From an uncultured delta proteobacterium (GTDB lineage Bacteria; Desulfobacterota; BSN033; UBA1163), in assembly GCA_963827685.1 (NCBI GenBank), contig CAWHBU010000003.1, positions 544,001 through 608,000 of the forward strand: a stretch of 64,000 nucleotides of DNA, in the 5' to 3' direction. Positions within the stretch are counted from its first letter, which is position 1; every line of letters begins with the position of its first letter. A model generated the notes under the pieces. It was not told where the DNA came from. It was given only the letters and a program-made list of their open reading frames with translations, and did no database searches. The position numbers and the translations under genes are program-made. Shown here one piece after another: positions 59,004 to 64,000 of this stretch.

Positions 59004-59861
59004 ATGAAAGGATGGATTATCTTTTTAGCAGGACTGTTGCTTTTTGGATGTGCGAGCACCAGAGATGTGCAAGTTCTTGACCGGGGGCTGGATGTGCTCC
59101 AGTCCCAAATCAATACCCTCCAAAAGGAAAATAAATCCGCCAAGAACGAAATCTCTGATCTGAGAGCGGAAAATCAAAAGCTGAAGGCCGACCTCTCCCT
59201 CCGGCTCGAAAATCTTCAATCCGAAATCCAAACCGTCTCGACAAGTGTCGAGGAATATAAGGAGCTTCTCAAGAGACCTTCAAAAGAGATGGACCGCTTC
59301 AAAGAGGAGATGGAGGGCCGATTGAAAACCATAGAAGAAAAGAGAAAGATGCAGGATGAAAAATTCAAGGAAATAGAGGATCGCCTCAAGGGATTGGATG
59401 GAAGGATAGCCGGGTCGACTTCGAAGCCGGAGTCGGAAAGACTAGCCTCAACCAAAGAGGTCCTCTCCGAGCTAAAGGGGGTTTCCACAGGAATGGGAGA
59501 CCTCTATCGAGACGCTTATGAGACCTTCCATAAGGGAGACATAGAAGGAGCCCGAAGGAAATTCGAAGCTTTTCTCAAACAATATCCCAACACAGAGCTG
59601 TCTGATAACGCGCAGTTTTGGATCGGGGAGACTTACTACCTAAGAAAAGATTATGAGAAGGCGATCTTAGAATATGAGAAGGCGATTGTAAAATATCCGG
59701 AAGGGGACAAAATACCTGCGGCCTTATTCAAACAAGCCCTCGCCTTCTTGGAACTTGGAGATAAGACGAATGCCAAAAATTTACTCAAGCGGGTGATCGA
59801 AAAATATCCCCAATCGGACCAAGCCGGAATAGCCAAGAAGAAACTGGAAACCATAAAATAA
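59004..59861 (+). CDS. cpoB: Tol-Pal protein CpoB/YbgF
   Basis: Lipobox LFGC, coiled coil, TPR domain with NAQFWIGE; follows pal. Confidence 0.93.
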   Translation: MKGWIIFLAGLLLFGCASTRDVQVLDRGLDVLQSQINTLQKENKSAKNEISDLRAENQKLKADLSLRLENLQSEIQTVSTSVEEYKELLKRPSKEMDRFKEEMEGRLKTIEEKRKMQDEKFKEIEDRLKGLDGRIAGSTSKPESERLASTKEVLSELKGVSTGMGDLYRDAYETFHKGDIEGARRKFEAFLKQYPNTELSDNAQFWIGETYYLRKDYEKAILEYEKAIVKYPEGDKIPAALFKQALAFLELGDKTNAKNLLKRVIEKYPQSDQAGIAKKKLETIK

Positions 59862-59898
59862 ACAAGGTCCATCCCCTTTTTAAGGGATGGACCTTGTT
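59861..59898. terminator. Terminator hairpin
   Basis: AACAAGGTCCATCCC-N8-GGGATGGACCTTGTT. Confidence 0.8.
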
Positions 59899-59948
59899 AC
59901 CTTTTGGCCATTGCCTCTGGTCTTCCACCTACAGAAATCGACTACCTA

Positions 59949-60260
59949 TTAGACGGCGTAAATGTCCTTTTTGTCGTCAATCTTAAGTTTTATCGGAGTC
60001 AAATCATTCATCTTGTCAAAAATGGAGCTATATTTATATATCGTACCATCATCAACATTAAAAATAGAAAGATGACATTCACACAATAATTTATTAATAT
60101 CTGCATCCCATACAATGGTCCCTCCTTCATGGGGGCACACCTTGCTGTACGCAACCAGCTTGCCTTTCTTGGTTTTTACTAATATACCCTCTTTTCCCTG
60201 ATAATGAAAATTGATAGATTCTCCACGCTTCAAATCTTTAACCCTTCCGATCTTTTCCAT
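59949..60260 (-). CDS. Rieske [2Fe-2S] ferredoxin-like protein
   Basis: CPHEG...CECHLSIF. Confidence 0.88.
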   Translation of the reverse strand: MEKIGRVKDLKRGESINFHYQGKEGILVKTKKGKLVAYSKVCPHEGGTIVWDADINKLLCECHLSIFNVDDGTIYKYSSIFDKMNDLTPIKLKIDDKKDIYAV

Positions 60261-60654
60261 CTCGCATGTCCTTATTTATTATTTCTTAGGTGATCCCTGT
60301 CCGTACGGGTTCTCATACATCGCATCATCTTGCATCATCATGTTTGTATGGAATGATAGACCTAGTTGAATATAGAAAAAACGGGATGGATTGTCAAGAC
60401 AACAAATATCATTAGAAAATGCCACAATTCCTCTTGGATTAATACGGAAGACAACGTTTAGATTTCTCTGGGCAGGGCGTGAAATATCCGATCACTCTTC
60501 GAATATCTTATTACTGATGCCCCACTATTTTCCGTCAACCGTCGAGTTGTTTTAGAACCTACGTCCCGTTTCCTTACCCTCTGGTTATTTTGGCCCGAGC
60601 CAACCCAGCAATCCGAGATACAAAAATGAGGGGCGATCCCACCCTGGATAGGTT

Positions 60655-61467
60655 TTACGCGTCTGGGTTTGTGAGGCTTGGGTCACTTTTCTCTGACGGG
60701 GATTGCCCTCCCTCATCCTTTTTGCTCATGAAATCGAACCTTGCTAACCTGAGCAGTGCCAGCATGAGCAGGTGCGTGTTGTCAAAATTATAATCATGAA
60801 TATTTACAAGTGAGTGGGCTATCTTGTTTCTTAAGTTCAAGCCTGCCTTCTCAATCAGCAGGTACCTGAGGAACAGCAGTTCATCTTCGTCAAACAGCTT
60901 TTTTATATCTTCTTCGTATAAAAGGGCATTGATGTCTTTCTCCCTTACAAGATTCCTGCCCTTGTTGTCCTTTGTAGTATAAAAGGTCGTAATCCCGGAA
61001 AATTCACAAAGGTCCCTAAGTAAGCCTTCTAATTTTAAAATGAGGGAATCGATGGTAAGGATGAAGTTCGGGTGGTTGATTGCAGGATTTAAGAGGAACA
61101 TCCTCATCTGGGAAAAATATTCGTGTAGGGCTGGCGTTAAAAAACCCAGCCACTTGAAAGCAATAGTCTCCCCGTCAGGCATCTTTTTCTCAAAGGTTTT
61201 CCCATACCACGAGTGTTTTTGTAAAAAATCGACCACAATTTCTAGGGACATTTTTTCTTTCCTTAATGCTTCGAGGAAAATCTCATTTATTAACAACATG
61301 CTGCTCAGCTTAATTTGCGAATTATATTCCCAAAGTATCCAGTAGTGCTTTTTCTCATTGTCATCTGAAAAGTGCTGGGCTGTGTGCCCGCTTTGGTCAA
61401 TTATTTCAGTAGAGGCAAGATTTGGAAAAACAAAGTTTTTGATGTTCTCTTCAGCCTTTTTTTCCAT
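60655..61467 (-). CDS. DUF4209-like protein with HEPN-type RxxxxH motif (probably 5'-truncated)
   Basis: LEGLLRDL...GLNLRNKIAHSL; the start lies inside the upstream SIR2-like ORF. Confidence 0.7.
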   Translation of the reverse strand: MEKKAEENIKNFVFPNLASTEIIDQSGHTAQHFSDDNEKKHYWILWEYNSQIKLSSMLLINEIFLEALRKEKMSLEIVVDFLQKHSWYGKTFEKKMPDGETIAFKWLGFLTPALHEYFSQMRMFLLNPAINHPNFILTIDSLILKLEGLLRDLCEFSGITTFYTTKDNKGRNLVREKDINALLYEEDIKKLFDEDELLFLRYLLIEKAGLNLRNKIAHSLVNIHDYNFDNTHLLMLALLRLARFDFMSKKDEGGQSPSEKSDPSLTNPDA

Positions 61468-62342
61468 GTCTTTATACTGAAATAACTTATGAAGCTGTCA
61501 TATTGCTTTTCACGGTTTATCTCCACGAGCAGCCTTCTCGGTACAAATGTATCAAAAATTGAGTACCCTCTTTTCCCGCTAGCCGGCAATAGATAATCTA
61601 CAAGCTTTTCGCAAGGAACATCCATTAAAGATACTCCGCAAGTAGCCCAATAATCCAAAGTTTCAGGAGCTTGGCCACAGTTTACAATCTTTTCACAGCA
61701 CGTCACTAAAGAGCTGAGGGCAAGGACGTATTCTGCCTCAGAATAGGAGAAGTTTAACAGAATTAGGTCCTTGGAACTGAGCATTTCGCAAATATTCAGG
61801 AGTTGTATCCTATTCTGCTCTGACTTCGCCATTTGCTGATAAAGCCCAAACCATGGGTTAGCGGCACCCGGGTTAGGGAAAAGGAAGAAAATGTTTGGCT
61901 TCCTGTAGTCGCTTTGCCTCCAAGAACCCATCATCTGTGATTCCCAATCGTGAATGATGGGTGTTTTCCCTTGAGCAATCAGAGCACTGTGAAGTGACCT
62001 ATCAAAAGTTGCGTCGATGAAGTTAGAAATCGGTAACGATGCTATTCGGTTGTGGATGGGTCTCGGGGCAACGCTGCAAACCCTTTCAAATACAAATGAT
62101 TTTACTTGTTCCCTTCCCGCTGACTTCTCAGCCTTTTCTATTATCTCATTCCACACCTTGAAGTACTCGACATCCCACTTTATTTTCACATTTAGTTTAA
62201 AGGTACGGACAATCTCTTTCCCAAGAGATGGTATAGAACACTTCGAATCCGACAAGGAACTTCCAACAGCCACAGCAATTTGGTTCGATAGGGATTTTCT
62301 TCTAAGGCGCTGGAGGGTGTTGTTTAGGAAAACCTTATTCAT
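61401..62342 (-). CDS. Degenerate SIR2-like domain protein ending in a TIR-like first strand
   Basis: AVAVGSSLS (cf. GAGxS), FIDATFDRSL (cf. ITTNYD), DLILLNFSYSE (cf. LFIGYSFxD), then KQYDSFISY. Confidence 0.55.
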   Translation of the reverse strand: MNKVFLNNTLQRLRRKSLSNQIAVAVGSSLSDSKCSIPSLGKEIVRTFKLNVKIKWDVEYFKVWNEIIEKAEKSAGREQVKSFVFERVCSVAPRPIHNRIASLPISNFIDATFDRSLHSALIAQGKTPIIHDWESQMMGSWRQSDYRKPNIFFLFPNPGAANPWFGLYQQMAKSEQNRIQLLNICEMLSSKDLILLNFSYSEAEYVLALSSLVTCCEKIVNCGQAPETLDYWATCGVSLMDVPCEKLVDYLLPASGKRGYSIFDTFVPRRLLVEINREKQYDSFISYFSIKTWKKRLKRTSKTLFFQILPLLK

Positions 62343-62391
62343 AAGAACCCAAATAACAATCCACAAGAAATCAAAAGAAAAAGGTTCCGAA

Positions 62392-63327
62392 TTATTCGTA
62401 CACTGTGAAGAATTTTGGGCCGTTGAAGTGAATCATATGGGCGGGGTTTGCTTCTACCCAGACTTCCGTTTCCCATGCGATGTTATCGATATGCCTTTTG
62501 AATTCTCGAAAGTCAGGAAAAGCACTGATGTAGACTTTTCTTGCTTTGCACTTTACAAGTGTCTTCTCCAGTTCGATCTGCCTCTTGGGGGAAAGTGGGC
62601 CGTGTGATGTAACCGCCTCTATAAGGAAAAGGAGATTTTTTGATTCGTCGTAAAGCACAACGTCTGGCAACTTATCGTGCTCAGTAATTGGAATGTTGAG
62701 CCTTTTGAGGACTGCCTCATCCTTATGGAGCAACTTCCTTGCCGCATCTCCTACGTAAACAACTTTAGACTTGGGGCAAAACTGTGCCCTGAAAAGCTTT
62801 AATATCGTGATCTGAAGTTTGTTATGCTTCCCGGGTGTGAAATCAATTGAGGTGCCATCGGGCAATTCTGCAGACGAATACAGCTCTTTTTTCCGTTTAT
62901 CGTATAAGTCAACGAGTCTTCCCTTCAATTTCAGAAATTCTTCTAATGCCTTCTTCCATTCTTTCGTGTTGTATTTTCTTATTACTTCTAAAGCCTCCTC
63001 GGCCACCATGTAAACATTGTTGGGGCTGTTGGTCGGCCTTGAGGGATTGTCAGGATTCCTTACCGCTAAGGCAGCCTGCTCAAATTGGTGCAACGTCTGC
63101 CTTCTAATAGTCTCTCGCGTATTTTCGGCATATTGCTTCCCATAATTTTCTTGGATGAATACTAAGATGTCATGAATTCGAATGAATCTTGACTTGGCCT
63201 TAGACCAGGGTGTCTTTTTCTTCAGATCAGCAAGGGCAAGGAGGGTTAATGCGGACCTCTCATTCTGTTGTGCTTTAGGAAGCCCGACAGCCTTCAGAAT
63301 AGATAAAGCTTCATCGATTTTTCCCAT
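62392..63327 (-). CDS. BsuBI/PstI family type II restriction endonuclease
   Basis: YAENTRETIRRQTLHQF, RPTNSP, PGKHN.LQ, KLPDVV..IEAVTSHGP and IAWETEVW motifs. Confidence 0.95.
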   Translation of the reverse strand: MGKIDEALSILKAVGLPKAQQNERSALTLLALADLKKKTPWSKAKSRFIRIHDILVFIQENYGKQYAENTRETIRRQTLHQFEQAALAVRNPDNPSRPTNSPNNVYMVAEEALEVIRKYNTKEWKKALEEFLKLKGRLVDLYDKRKKELYSSAELPDGTSIDFTPGKHNKLQITILKLFRAQFCPKSKVVYVGDAARKLLHKDEAVLKRLNIPITEHDKLPDVVLYDESKNLLFLIEAVTSHGPLSPKRQIELEKTLVKCKARKVYISAFPDFREFKRHIDNIAWETEVWVEANPAHMIHFNGPKFFTVYE

Positions 63328-64000
63328 TATACCTCTCCTCAAGATGTTTGATGATTTCAGCATCAATTCCGAGTTGCGAACCAATGATTTCGTCCAGATT
63401 AGCCGGCATATCTTTTACCCTGGACACAACTTCACCAATCTTTTTTATGACAGAGAGGTCAGGCAAGGGAAGGTTTCTAATCTCTGTGGCATTTACCTGT
63501 GTATGGCCGTTAAGCGACCTGAAATAATTATCAATTAAACCAGTATTCAAAAGGGCAGCTATACCAAAAGCCTCACCGACGGACAAGCTCCCCTTTGGCC
63601 TATGAATATAGTTCACATGGTTTTCTATTCCCACGGACTCGTGGGGAAACTCGGATTGCTTCAGCACTGCTGAGTCAAGGCGTCTTCTTTGTTCTTTGGA
63701 TGTAAATCGTTTTAAAAGCACATAATTCTTCACCGGCAGCAACAGCGGAGAAGTTTCTTCTGTGGAAGCTATCGCTGCGGGTTTCTTGTTTTTCTTGGAT
63801 GGCCATTCCACCCTCATGTTTTGCATGTTATGCATCCATAGAAGGGGTACCGACCCCTTCGTTAACCCCTGGCGTAAATGCTCCTTAGCCCTGAAATCAA
63901 CAACCGGCCCCGTCGAAATCTGCACGCCCTGCTTGTTTAAGGTAGAGGGCCATTTGTCAATAATGTGGAGTATCTTAACGTCAAGCTCGCTGGTTGGTAT
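63311..64000 (-). CDS. Cognate N6-adenine DNA methyltransferase (BsuBI/PstI/Eco57I-like), C-terminal part
   Basis: ISTGPVVDFR, YVLLKRFTSKEQRRR, ENHVNY and FRSLNGHTQVNAT motifs; runs off the right edge and overlaps the REase start. Confidence 0.9.
   Translation of the reverse strand: MPTSELDVKILHIIDKWPSTLNKQGVQISTGPVVDFRAKEHLRQGLTKGSVPLLWMHNMQNMRVEWPSKKNKKPAAIASTEETSPLLLPVKNYVLLKRFTSKEQRRRLDSAVLKQSEFPHESVGIENHVNYIHRPKGSLSVGEAFGIAALLNTGLIDNYFRSLNGHTQVNATEIRNLPLPDLSVIKKIGEVVSRVKDMPANLDEIIGSQLGIDAEIIKHLEERYNGKNR

Overview
This 64 kb window looks like chromosomal DNA from an anaerobic Gram-negative bacterium, most likely Desulfobacterota/Deltaproteobacteria (inferred from gene content). The core genes are aroD-aroE-aroA-aroK, skp, msrAB, glnS, hisS, a phosphohexomutase, asd, uvrB-uvrC, groES-groEL, tolB-pal-cpoB and three tRNAs (Glu-CTC and two different Gln-CTG). 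c-di-GMP signalling is represented by three PilZ paralogs and one REC-HD-GYP protein. A CCG/FAD/CCG redox operon is also present. There are three accessory tracts. (1) 33.5-36.8 kb is a run of co-oriented genes separated by decayed attC-like sites. (2) 43.3-50.5 kb holds toxin-antitoxin pairs, attC-like remnants and two divergent class III nucleotidyl-cyclase-fold genes flanking a trypsin-TPR protease. (3) 60.6-64 kb holds a BsuBI/PstI-type restriction-modification pair, a degenerate SIR2-like gene ending in a TIR-like start, and an overlapping DUF4209/HEPN-like ORF. Intergenic DNA is rich in non-autonomous palindromic elements (IS200/IS605-type MITEs and several REP families), some nested inside one another without target-site duplication. 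The best leads are a membrane-anchored upstream ORF ending in LRC in front of skp, the non-canonical cyclase pair, the SIR2/TIR/HEPN locus and the repeat-in-repeat insertions. I found no CRISPR array, rRNA, integrase or transposase gene. All calls come from reading the sequence by eye; no database search was run.
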